Assembly (NCBI RefSeq): GCF_006345805.1
Contig: NC_042999.1
Span: 55,490,001-55,554,000, forward strand
Source of the DNA: Octopus sinensis
Lineage: Eukaryota
Direction of reading: 5' to 3'
Length of the DNA: 64,000 nt
The notes under the pieces are model-generated. The model was not told where the DNA came from. It did no database searches and saw only the letters and a program-made list of their open reading frames with translations. Both the position numbers and the translations under genes were made by a program. Position 1 is the first letter of the stretch; every line of letters begins with the position of its first letter. Below, in pieces: positions 1 to 11,700 of this stretch.

Positions 1-45
1 AATGTGTCTGTGTGTGTGTCTGCATGTCTGTGTATCTGAATATGC

Positions 46-65
46 ATGGATGTGAAAATGTTTAC

Positions 66-131
<66 letters not shown>

Positions 132-188
132 TATTATATATACATATATATATATACATATACAAATATACAATATATATATATATAG

Positions 189-243
<55 letters not shown>

Positions 244-349
244 GCATATATACATAGATAATTGTATATACACATGTTTAAGATGCATATTCAGATACAT
301 TCACGGGACACAGGGGCACGCGCACACACCTCTTAATATATATGTACGT

Positions 350-388
<39 letters not shown>

Positions 389-577
389 AAATCAGTGTAT
401 TTGAATGTTTGTCTAAGGGTTCATTAATATATACACCTGCTATGTGTGTGTGTATATGCATATATAAAAATATATATATATATATATATATATATACACG
501 CACACACAGTCATATTCATTCACACAAGCTCACACACATAAATGCATATATGCATACATATACACATATAAACACGA

Positions 578-609
<32 letters not shown>

Positions 610-610
610 G

Positions 611-670
<60 letters not shown>

Positions 671-760
671 TATATATATATGTGTGTGTGTATATGTATG
701 TACATATGTATATAATTTATTCAGAGTATTTCTTTCATGCTCTTTGTATATGCAAGCACC
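46..760. repeat. (TA)n/(CA)n compound microsatellite block
   Basis: Direct reading; the ORFs here are only YI/TH dipeptide translations. Confidence 0.95.
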
Positions 761-1512
761 CATATGTATACACCCCACCTATACACACCTTCATACATAC
801 ACTTTCAACAATGACGTGCATCCGTTGACTCACGCGCAGGCATACGCTTATACCTAGTCGTTTATACACACTCCACTCGACACAGACATAAAGCAAAGTT
901 AATTAATAAAAACACCTGCCGCAAAAATCTGTGTTTATGTGATGGTGGTGGTGGTGGTGATGGGAGGATGGTGGTGGTAATAGTGACGCCGGCGGGGGAT
1001 GCGAGTGGTGGTGTCGTCGAGACGGTGGGGTGATGGTGACTGGTAAATAACTCGTCCAGAAACTACTACTGAAAGGGACTTCGATGTTCCTCCTTATTTT
1101 AAGACGGGTGGCTCGTCAGTGGTCATTATATATACATATGTCCTGTTTATATAGATAACCTCGCTGTACACGCTTGTATGTATACGCATATATAAAGGAT
1201 AAACTTGCCCTGGACGGAATTTGATCTTCGATCGTAAAGACGAACGAAATGCTGGCAGAATGTATGTATGTATGTGTGTGTGAGAGAGAGAAAGAGATAG
1301 AGAGGGAGGAGGTTTTGGTATCTAGAGAACCAAAAAGGCGGGTAAGGCCATGCAAGTACTACGGAAGGACCGCTGTTAAACTCCCGGTTCAATTATAGCG
1401 TGAGTGAGGTGTCTAATGCGGGTCGCGTGTGAGCGTGTATATGTTGAATAAAATGAGACAACAAAGCCAAAGCAGTGTGAAATTTGTAGGACATTTTATA
1501 AAGAGCGAGGTA

Positions 1513-1560
1513 GTCTTACAGCTGTTTCAGGGATAAAAAGGATATCCTATCATCAGAGAC
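1513..1560 (-). ncRNA. Minimal type I hammerhead ribozyme
   Basis: Minus strand reads GTCT-CTGATGA-[t a GGATA..TATCC c t]-GAA-ACAGCTGT-A-AGAC: stem I GTCT/AGAC, palindromic stem III. Confidence 0.7.
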
Positions 1561-1856
1561 GTTATGAGAGAGTTAAGTAGAAAGAAATAGTAGAGTTCAA
1601 AATAAGAAGTTATTATGGAAAGGGAGAAATATAGGAAATATGAGAATAAAAATAAAAAGATATGTTGAATGCTACAGTTGCAGTTCCATTATGCAAGGAA
1701 TGTGTTGTGCAGATAATAAAACTACAGCCGTAACATCCAACATATATTGTTATTTTTATTCTCATATTTTCTTTTATACTTCCCATGTCTCTCCCTTTCC
1801 ATAATAACTTCTTATATTGAACTCTACTATTTCCGTCTATTTAACTCTCTCATATC

Positions 1857-1904
1857 GTCTCTGATGATGGGATATCATTTATATCCCTGAAACAGTTGTA
1901 AGAC
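1857..1904 (+). ncRNA. Minimal type I hammerhead ribozyme
   Basis: GTCT-CTGATGA-[t GGGATAT cattt ATATCCC t]-GAA-ACAGTTGT-A-AGAC; 7-bp stem II with a U.U at its base. Confidence 0.7.
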
Positions 1905-1973
1905 TACCCCTCTCTCTTTATAAATGTCCTAGAAAGTTCGCACTGCCTTAGCTTTGTTGTCTCATTTTATTCA

Positions 1974-1975
<2 letters not shown>

Positions 1976-2058
<83 letters not shown>

Positions 2059-2104
2059 AAGAAGAAGAAGAAGAAGAAGAACAACAACAACAACAACAAC
2101 AACA
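1976..2104 (+). repeat. Compound (TAA)n(GAA)n(CAA)n microsatellite
   Basis: Direct reading; abuts the 5' end of the Dong-like element. Confidence 0.95.
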
Positions 2105-5100
2105 CCGGGGACGTTTAAGATGTAAGAAGGAAAATTCAGAGCTCCGAAATCTATCCACAAACATCGAAAACAAGGACATCCTATGGAGCCAAAGTTTTAC
2201 TAACAAAGAATTGGACTGTATCCGAGTAAGTAATACTAATTGAAATTTATTACTATTTTCGAAACGAAATGATGTATTTTGACTCGATATCATCTCCGCC
2301 TCTAACGCAACACATGTAAACATGCGTGGAACATCACGATCATCTCCGACCCCAAACACCATGTACAAAGGAACTACGAAGAAATTAAATGCCACCGATA
2401 CTATTCAACCCAAGAATAACAATCGAGCGGCACGTACATTAAACTTACAACAAAAAATGTACGAAAAACTACACGTGCGAAATAATGTGACAACAGAAAT
2501 AAACGGACCGGTACCCTACGAAAATGACGACCGTCAAAATAATGGGCCGGACGTTGTACCTCATGTCCCGCAAATAAAACCCAAAAGACGTAAATGGACA
2601 CGTGAGGAATACATTTCTATCTTACACGCATACTTCACAGCAGTACTCTACCCAAAAAATGAAAATACAACAACACATACATATAAAATATGGAAGGAAA
2701 ATAATAGAGATATAGACTTGGATACAGCAATGAACCCTAATAAATTAGCTAACGTACGAAGATACATTCTCAAAGCCAAAAAAATATCAGAAATAGAAAT
2801 AGAACATTTAAAAGAAAAATACACCAGGAAAATGTAGATAGAAGCCACACAACAATGCCCAATAATATAAACACTGAAACTGTAAAACACGAAGACAAAC
2901 GCAACATTCCCAACAAACACGATGTAAACAACGAAGGGGAGCCTAATGATTATGATAATATAAAAAATAAAATAATCAACGAACTGAAAATCACAGAGCT
3001 CAAAATGGACCACCGACCATACCTCCCAAGAATCAAAATAAACAAAATAACAACACCTATTATAAACAGCATAAACCTAGCCGTCACTGAACTGATAGCC
3101 ACTGAATAAAAAAAAGTGATATCACTGAGCTAAATAACCTAATATACGCAGCAGCCACTGCAGCCACAAAAGAAGCTGGATACTCACCCAAACCCGCCCA
3201 AACAGGAGTACCACCACCCAAACAAACCCTGTGGATAAATAACATCCAAAGCAAAATAAAAAAAATTAGAAAAGACCTGTCGATTCTTAATGAAATCAGC
3301 AAACAATCAACGCTACTGAGCAACAAAAAGAGAACAAAAATACTCCGCAAATATAACATCACAGAGAAAGATTTGCCTGAAATAAAAGAAAAGCTGAAGC
3401 AAGATATCCTTACCAAAGCACAAAGGATCCGCCGGTACAAGAAACGCCAACGCTTCTTTGAAGAAAACAAAAAGTTCAACTCTAACCCCAAAAAGTTCTA
3501 CCAAGAACTGGGAAAAAATAAAATAGAAGTCACTGCAGCACCAACGGCAGAAGAATTGGAAGAATTCTGGGGAGAAATATGGTCGGCGAACGAACCACCA
3601 AAAAAAAGGAGTATCAGAATAACAAACTCGGCATCTGGACAACTTTGGACCCCCATAACAACTGAAGAGGTCACCCAGGCACTGCAAAGACTAAGCAACT
3701 GGAAGGCACCTGGACATGACAAGATACCCAACTTCTGGTTGAAATATCTAACAGGAATGCACAAAAAGCTGGCTGAAAACTTTAACAAAGTACTAGCAGA
3801 GCCAGAGACAATGCCTGAATGGCTCACGAAGGGGAAAACCATCTTAATTCCCAAATCAAATGAAACAGAAAAACCAGAAATAACCTGCCTCCCTACTATG
3901 TTCAAGGCATTTACTGCAGTGATATCACAAAGGCTGAACAAGCACCTGGACGAAAACAAACTGTTCCCAGAAGAGCAGAAAGGATGCCGCAAAGGCTCAT
4001 ATGGCTGTAAAGATCAACTAATGATTAATAAAGCCATAACTGAAGACAGCCACAGAAAGAAGAAAGGCCTCAGTATGGCCTGGATTGACTACAAAAAGGC
4101 GTTTGATAGCATCCCCCACACATGGATCCTCGAAACACTAGCCATTAACAAAGTAGCACCAACAATCATAAAATTCATAGAGCACTCTATGAATAAATGG
4201 CAAACAGTCCTACACCTCCAAACAAAAGAGGGACTCATGAAAACCAAAGACATCCCCATTAGAAGAGGAATATTCCAGGGAGACACGCTCTCTCCACTCC
4301 TTTTCTGCTTGGCACTGTCACCTCTATCTGATATGCTAAATAGAACTGGATGCGGATATAAATGTTACGGCAAAACGATCAGCCACCTTTTATATATGGA
4401 TGACCTAAAACTATACGCTGCAAATGACAAACAGCTGGAAACACTATTAAAGACAGTTCATGGATTTACCAAAGAAATAGATATGAAATTTGGATTAGAA
4501 AAATGCGCCAAAGTAACCCTGAAAAGAGGAAAACTAGTTAAGAGTAACAACATCACACTAGATAAAACCAATGAAATAAAAGAATTAGACCAAAGCCAAA
4601 CTTACAAATACTTAGGAATCCATGAACTAGATAAGACACAACACACACAAATGAAAGAGAAAATAAAAAAAGAATATTATAGACGAGTTAGATCAATACT
4701 AAACACAGAGCTCAATGCTAAAAACAAGATAATAGGTATCAACACTTTAGCTGTCCCAGTTATAAGTTACAGCTACAATATCCTTAACTGGACACGAAAT
4801 GAACTGACCAAAATAGATAGGAAAACAAGAAAAATAATGACAGGATCTAGGATGCATCACCCAAAATCTGACATAGAAAGACTATATATACAACGTATAG
4901 AAGGTGGTAGAGGCCTTATACAGCTGGAAAACTACTATAAAATAACCACCATAGGACTGCAAAAATACCTACTTCAGAAGGAAGGAAAACTGATCCAGAT
5001 AGCGGCAAAACACGAGCAAAACAAAAAACTGTTCTTAGTATTTAAGGAAGCTGACAAATACAAACAAGAAATCATACCACCTAATAAACATGAAGAAGAA

Positions 5101-6045
5101 GAAGAAGATGAAGAAACAACAAAAGCTATAAAACAAATGAAATCCAAACTAAAAATAGAACAGCAACGAACCATGATAAAACGATGGCAAGAAAAGCCCC
5201 TTCATGGTAAATACTGGACTAAACTAAGCGCAAAAGAAATAGACAAAGAAAAATCCCAGCAATGGTTGAGAAGCTCAGGACTCGAAGCAGAAACAGAGGG
5301 ATTTTTAATTGCAGCACAAGACCAAAGCCTCCCCACCAGACATTACCAAAAACATGTAATGAAAAGAAATATTACAAGTAACTGCAGAATATGTGGAGAT
5401 GGACAAGAAACAATAAATCATATTATCTCTAGCTGCCCAGTCCTGGCTAAGAAGGAATATATTCACAGACATGACAGAGTTGGAACCTACATACATTGGA
5501 AGCTATGCCAACATTATGGAATAACAACAGAAAAAAGATGGTATAGGCACACACCAGAAAAGGTCACAGAAAACGAGAAAGCAACCATACTCTGGGATAT
5601 GCCGATACACACAGATAGAGAAATTAAGGCCAACAGACCAGATATAGTTGTCAGAGATCATGAAGAAAAAAATGCTTTCTAATTGATGTATCAATACCGG
5701 CTGATGACAACGTGTCTCTAAAAGAAATGGAGAAACTCTCAAAGTACAAAGACCTGGAAATAGAGGTAACTAGAATGTGGAATCTGGAAACAGAAACAAT
5801 TCCTATCATAGTAGGTGCATTAGGCATGATAAAAAAATATTCAGACAAATACATAACAAAAACACCAGGACTTACAAACACATATAACATACAGAAAATT
5901 GCACTACTAGGCACTGGACACATCCTACGCAGAACACTTTCCATACAATAACCATCAGAGCATCACAACAAATCACAGCACATACCCAAGGCACACAGAG
6001 CTGTGCTCGGTAGTGAAGGGAAAGCACGCTATAAAAATAAAACTA

Positions 6046-6048
<3 letters not shown>
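2105..6048 (+). mobile_element. Near full-length R4/Dong-clade non-LTR retrotransposon (RT plus REL endonuclease)
   Basis: Single long frameshifted ORF, ~100-bp 3'UTR, ends in (TAA)n, 5' flank also begins with (TAA)n. Confidence 0.92.
2322..5951 (+). pseudogene. Dong-like polyprotein split over ORFs 2322-2837, 2855-3109, ~3115-5682 and ~5672-5951
   Basis: RT motifs WKAPGHD, WIDYKKAFDSIPH, RGIFQGDTLSPLLF, YMDDLKLY; CCHC finger CRICGDGQETINHIISSC; REL motifs RHD, NRPDIVV, EKLSKYKDL; three 1-bp frameshifts. Confidence 0.92.

Positions 6049-6127
<79 letters not shown>
6049..6127 (+). repeat. (TAA)n tail/target of the Dong element
   Basis: Direct reading. Confidence 0.95.
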
Positions 6128-6496
6128 GTTATTACAGACTGGTATAACATTACCTTTAATTCCTTTTACATACACATTTTTAGATAGACCTACACATGTT
6201 TCATCGGTAGAGTTGAAACCTGTGTAGGTCTAAGTAAAGCTATATACATATAAAAAGAATTAAGGTAATCCTTATTATTATTATTATTGTTGTTGATGTT
6301 GTTGTTGTTGATATATACTCCAGGAAGCTTTTATGGATACGATAATATATTCAGAATTATCCAACGGAAGATAACTCTAAATCCTTATCCTTATGAGAAT
6401 ATTATTGGATTTATATAAGTAAGATTGGCCGTAATGAATATACAATACTGTACTCTTCGATAAATATACCAACTCTGTTAACCAATACACAAGTCG

Positions 6497-6970
6497 CTTT
6501 CTTTCTTCTATTTGTTTCAGTCATTTGACTGCGGCCATGCCGGAACACCGCCTTTTAGTTGAACAAATTGACTCCAGGACTTATTCTTTGTAAGCCTATT
6601 GGTCTCTTTTGCTGAACCGCTAAGTTACGGCAATGTAAACACACCAACATCGGTTGTCAAGCAATGGTGGGGAGACAAACACAAACATAAATACACACAC
6701 ACACACATACACACACACACACATATATATATGCGACCAAAAGCCTTGTGAGTGGATTTGGTAGATGGAAACTGAAAAAAGCCCGCCGTATATATATATA
6801 TATATATATACGGCGGGTTTTTTTCAGTTTCCATCTACCAAATCCACTCACAAGGCTTTTGGTCGGCCCGAGGCTATAGTAGAAGACACTTGCTCAATGT
6901 GCCACGCAGTGGTACTGAACCGGAACCATGTGGTTGGGAAGTAAGCCTCTTACCATACAGCAACTTCCTG
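6497..6970 (-). mobile_element. tRNA-derived SINE, family A (with internal palindrome)
   Basis: Reverse complement of the complete copy at 12609-12980. Confidence 0.85.
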
Positions 6971-7769
6971 TACATATCTTTTCTCACTTCCGGGAGAATC
7001 CGTGGACGATATGTGTGTGTGTATGAGTATGTGCGCGCGCGGACGTTTTGAGTGCTTGCATGTATTTGTGTGTGTGTGTGTGTGTGTATGCGCACGCGTT
7101 TATATTTATATATATGGTGAACAGTTTTATGTTTCATTAAATATACGACTATGTTCCTGTTTCATCCATTCTATTTTATGTATATTTATTTTATGGAGGT
7201 GAAAAAGACCAGCGACAAAATTATATTAAACAATACAGAAACAATTCTTAGGAAAAATAACGAACACATTCTGCAGACACTTTAGCTAGAAGAACATAAA
7301 GGAGCTGTACAAGCCTTCAGTCAGTATATAAGAACAACACAAACGCTAAATAAACAGTTCTTGAAAATGAGACTGTGAAGGTCTAGAAACGTCGGATATG
7401 TAAAACAAATGTAAAAGCTAACAAGAAAATAAGAAAAATACAGAGTAATGAACATAGTCGTGTATTTAATGATATCTGTGTGTGCGTGTATGTGTGTGTA
7501 GATGTATAATATATTTTAGGCATGTATATATGTATATGTATCTATGTATGCAGGTGTATTTATTTGTGCATTTATCTATGTATCTGTATGTGTATCATAC
7601 AAAGATACGTAAATATATGTGTGCATACACACAATTCTATGTAGTTATGTATGAATCTACATATTTATTTTCTCCCATATTTTTTTGCCGAGTGAAGAAG
7701 TTAACAGGTTATAAGAAAAAAAAAACAGGGTAAAAATAACTAAAATCCAGTCTTTGAGATGGCAGGCAA

Positions 7770-8200
7770 ATCTCAATGGCTTTGGTATTGCTATCACTTC
7801 TTTTTTTTTTCATCTGAAAGATTTGGTCATATACAAAATACTTGGAAGATTTGCCAGGTAAAACTAAACTGAGGTTATGGTCTGAAGAATGAACTAAAGT
7901 ACCAAGAAAGCGGCAACATTAGCGAAAGTGGATCTCTGGAATGAACTAAGATGTTACAAAAGAATTATGTAAAGCTTCCGATAAATTCATCAACAGTAAA
8001 ATGTTTTATGATGCCAAGCCAAATCTGTGGGTTGCATTAAGAATAATGCTTACGGTATTTGCAACCATGGCCACAGGAGGGAGAAATTTCGGTATCTTGA
8101 CGGTCGTCCATGACGCAACACAGCTGAAATATTTGGCAATTTTATCAATAGAAATGATATTGTAAAAAAAGGTACGTTCTGTAAAAAGTATTTGCAAATT
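7770..8200 (+). pseudogene. Decayed hAT transposase C-terminal (dimerisation domain) fragment
   Basis: Translation PNLWVALRIMLTVFATMATGGRNFGIL..LKYLAILSIEM resembles the hATC motif PNL.IALRI.LT.P.T.AS.ERSFS.L..LAILSIE. Confidence 0.6.
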
Positions 8201-9241
8201 TATAAAAGAGAAACATATTTATGTCAGAATATTGTTAGAATATTGTATGTGCTTCATTATCTGCTCTTTGAATTATTCCGAAAATATTTTAACATGTACA
8301 GAAGACCAGAGGCAACCTACAGACTTACCCTCATATCTCCTGTATTTTTAACAAACATGTCTTGAGATCATTGATAGTAATGTAGACAGATACACGCACG
8401 CACACACACACACTCTCTCTCTCACACACACACTCTCTCGCTCTCTTTCTCCTCCTCCTCTTTCTCTCTCTCTTTTTCCTTGTTTCATCAATATAATATT
8501 TCATCAATACAGTATTACCCGAATTTACCCTATTTTATAATATTTCAGACTTTGTTATGTTTCAATTCTTCTCTTTAACATGTATATTGTAACAAACTCT
8601 TGAGTCTTGCATTAGCAGAAATTCCTCCTATGTAGATGCCAGCCATTCTGTTGAAAGTCAACGGAACTTCACCGTCAAAACAACGTGCTAGCGCAGGAGC
8701 CTCAATGATGGTACGCTATCTACTAGAAATAGCAACCGAATCGTTTTTAATTAATTATCTTCTACATTAAAAAAAGGACTTTTATGATACGGGCATTGAA
8801 GCTATGTTCATATAAAAAGACGGAAACTTCTTTCGTTATGTCTTCTCGATAGGGGCAAGCGTGGAACAAAAGCAACTTTTATTTCTAATTTGGGCACAAG
8901 TTTAGCAATTTTCATCGAAGTGGGAAAGTCGATTACATCGACCCCAATACATGACTGGTACTTTTTTTATCGACAGACAAACTCAACTTCTTCGGCCTTT
9001 TGGCCAAGATCAAAGAGTAGTATCAAAAAGAAAATTAAAAAAAGGGCTACACGACCTGAAGAAAATTCTAACTGGGCTCCCACCTGCAAGGTCATGCGTT
9101 GTCAATCTTGATATGAGATCACCATGTCGCAAACATGTGGCTGAGATGCATTTGTCTGGAGTATTCTTATCAGATTGGTAGACAGGGCTTCGTATATTTT
9201 ACCCTAATGTCACTTTGATGGCATGCACTACTCTCTCACTC

Positions 9242-9283
<42 letters not shown>

Positions 9284-9295
9284 TATAATTATACC

Positions 9296-9540
9296 AGGAA
9301 ACCCCAAAATGGCAGAAATTCAAAAGATAGTGCTCATGGGAACTGCTCATATCCTACGCAAAATACTTTCTATGTAATCTCAAGTTTTAAAACAAACAAT
9401 TTTTTTTTTTTAGGCATTCACTAGTACAGTACTAAATACAAAACCAAATATATGGCACACTAGGCATAACAACAATACGAACTTCCAATCTGTTGTCTCT
9501 TGAGGTCTCTGGGTGAGACTTAGAAATAATCGGACTGAAT
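9296..9540 (+). mobile_element. 5'-truncated 3' stub of a second Dong-like family, downstream of (TAA)n 9241-9290
   Basis: IPGNPKMAEIQKIVLMGTAHILRKILSM* matches the C-terminus of the full element (IQKIALLGTGHILRRTLSIQ*). Confidence 0.75.
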
Positions 9541-10163
9541 ACCCGATCACGCGGTTAAACCATTAGGAGTGAAGGACTCCTAGCCTTTGTTAGGACATCC
9601 TTTTAGGAGAAGGTAATTCAGGTAACTGGGATAACTCCGACATAAAACCTGCGGCTCAGTGGTTACCGATGATGTTGACTTGTTCTTCTTTTCGGATTAT
9701 GGCTGCTGTTGCTTAGTGAGTGGGATTGACTCAGTGCACAGCCTTTCCTCACTTTAAAAAAATCTTCTTGCACAGACATTGCACGATAACAACATTGATT
9801 AAGCTTCGCGCAATGGCCATACTCGATAACGAGGGGGCAGCCACCATGTATGTATGTATGTATGTGTCTTTGGTGGCAGCAACACTAAACATTGTTAATA
9901 ATTACCGTATCAAGTACCCTGCTAAACACTGTTAATTTACTTTTATAATATTACATCATCTCATTCATACATTTGAACTAAATTACTGGCCAATACGTCT
10001 GAGGGTTTGACAGTCTTCCAGTGTCAGTATATCCACCGTATCAAAACACAACATTCAACTGCTCTAAGAACCTTACAGTAAACCAGCAAAACCCTATGAA
10101 ATACTGGAATTGGTGACCTCCCAAATCTTTGTCTAACACACGTTAGTATTTAATATATACTGT

Positions 10164-10810
10164 CTAAGACGGCAAGCTGACAGAATCGTTAGCACGCCAG
10201 GCGAAATGTTTAGCGGTATTTCGTCTACCGTTACGTTCTGAGTTCAAATTCCGCCGAGGTCGACTTTACCTTTCAACCTTTCGGGGGCGATAAATTAAGT
10301 ACCAGTTACGCACTGGGGTCGATATAATCGACTTAATCCGTTTGTCTATCCTTGTTTGTCCCTTCTGTGTTTAGCCTCTTGTGGGTAGTAAAGAAATAGG
10401 TATTTCGTCTACCATTACGTTCTGAGTTCAAATTCCGCCGAGGTCGACTTTGCCTTTCACCCTTTTGGGGTCAATTAAATAAGTACCAGTTACGCGTTAG
10501 GGTCGATGTAATCGACTTAATCCCTTTGTCTGTCCTTGTTTGTCCCCTCTATGTTTATCCCCTGTGGGCAATAAAGAAATATAAGATACAATGTCTAAGG
10601 CGGTGGTGAACTGGCAGCATCGTTAGCACACCGAGCGAAATGCTTAGCGGCATTTCGTCGTTCTTCACATTCTGAGTTCAAATTCCGCTGAGGTCGACTT
10701 TGCCTTTCATCAGTTTCGGGGTCGTTAGAATAAATACCAGTTGAGCACTGAGTTCGACGTAATCCCCTCTCCTCAAATTCCTGGTCTGGTGCCAAAATTT
10801 GAAACCAATA
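10164..10810 (+). mobile_element. SINE family B: tandem two-unit copy (10164-10590) plus adjacent copy (10597-10810)
   Basis: Recurrent core GAGTTCAAATTCCGCCGAGGTCGACTTTGCCTTTCA..GGGGTCGAT. Confidence 0.85.
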
Positions 10811-11054
10811 TATGATATAATGTTGTAGGTTTACGATAGATGCCTGTTAAACTAATCGCAAACATAGGGGTAGACCCGAAAACGACGCGTACCAAACTAC
10901 AGGGGTCCAAAGTATTATAGCAAAGAATGGTGGGGAGAGAGAGGATGGTTTAATCACCCGCATTAGCATCACCACATGATATTTTGGGTATCCTTCCGAA
11001 TCCACCCTGTTACAGGCATTTGATGGGTCTGATACTTTGTATAATCTCTTGTGA

Positions 11055-11340
11055 TAGCTCGTAGCTTAGTGGTCTGGGTATTCGATTCATGATCGTAAGG
11101 TCGTGCGTTCGATTCTCGGCGACGTGTTGTGTTCTTGAGCAAGACACTTATTTCATGTTGCTGCAATCCACCCAACTGGCAAAAATGAGTCGTACCTGTA
11201 ATTTAAAAGGGGCTGGACTTGTCACATTCTGTGTCACACGGAATCTTCCTGAGAACAAAGTCAAGGGTTCGCCTGTCTGTGGAGTGCTCAACCACTTGCA
11301 CGTTAATTTCACAAGCAGACCGTTCCGTTGATCAGATCGG
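11055..11340 (+). mobile_element. tRNA-derived SINE, family C
   Basis: Box A/B-like head (TAGCTTAGTGGT..GTTCGATTC) and GTGTTCTTGAGCAAGACACTT core shared with 31270-31556, 32700-32996 and 61850-62165. Confidence 0.8.
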
Positions 11341-11349
11341 GGTTCTGAT

Positions 11350-11700
11350 CGTGGTAACCGCCGGGGGGTTCCAGTTGATTTGTTGTAAGTCAACACCTGC
11401 AGGACATTCATGAGCAGGGAGACGATTCCGAAGGGATCATATTCCAGGGTGGAAAGATTTGGCGCATTAGTTAGTGCGGGACCGAAAGAGGTTGGATCCT
11501 ACAAGGGTGATGAGAGGTGGCGAGATGTGTTGGCCAAGGTGGGTTCGCCTATGTGGTGGAAGTACAAGACCAAGGCTATGACCAAGCCTTCGATGTCCAT
11601 ACTGACAATAACTTGGCTACTCTTTACTTCCACACTTTTACTCAGGCACTTGGCAAAAGTCGGTGATGCTGGTCTTCTTTCTCTAAGTCACGTAAACTCA
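11350..11700 (-). mobile_element. 3' fragment of a CR1/Jockey-group LINE
   Basis: Minus translation SRTN*CAKSFHPGI*SLRNRLPAHECPAGVDLQ resembles the RT C-terminal SFFP.T..LWN.LP motif. Confidence 0.5.

Larger units (their letters stand above)
1330..1977. mobile_element. Foldback pair of Penelope pseudo-LTR-like repeats (minus copy ~1330-1660, plus copy ~1750-1977)
   Basis: 1443-1658 is an imperfect reverse complement of 1750-1977; both arms carry a hammerhead motif; a third homologous copy lies at ~49060-49370. Confidence 0.7.

Noticed and set aside
46-828. Long YI/TH/VC-rich ORFs (also 24825-25766, 40583-41038, 49758-50141, 59106-59720)
   Set aside because: Translations of (TA)n/(CA)n microsatellites, which lack stops in some frames
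770-1440. Locally CpG-richer segment as a promoter
   Set aside because: No associated gene or diagnostic motif; partly explained by the Penelope-like repeat and GGT repeats
1948-2395. Poly-L/I/S/Y/V ORFs (also 13188, 19689, 50546, 52497-52957)
   Set aside because: Triplet microsatellite translations
2401-5944. Numerous minus-strand ORFs over the Dong element
   Set aside because: Antisense shadows of an A-rich coding strand; no motifs
9540-9720. RTE 5'UTR-like sequence possibly holding an HDV-like ribozyme
   Set aside because: Could not build the nested double pseudoknot by eye; needs a descriptor search
11055-11130. tRNA genes at SINE heads (also 12609, 32930-32996, 61850)
   Set aside because: Incomplete cloverleaves continuing into shared SINE bodies
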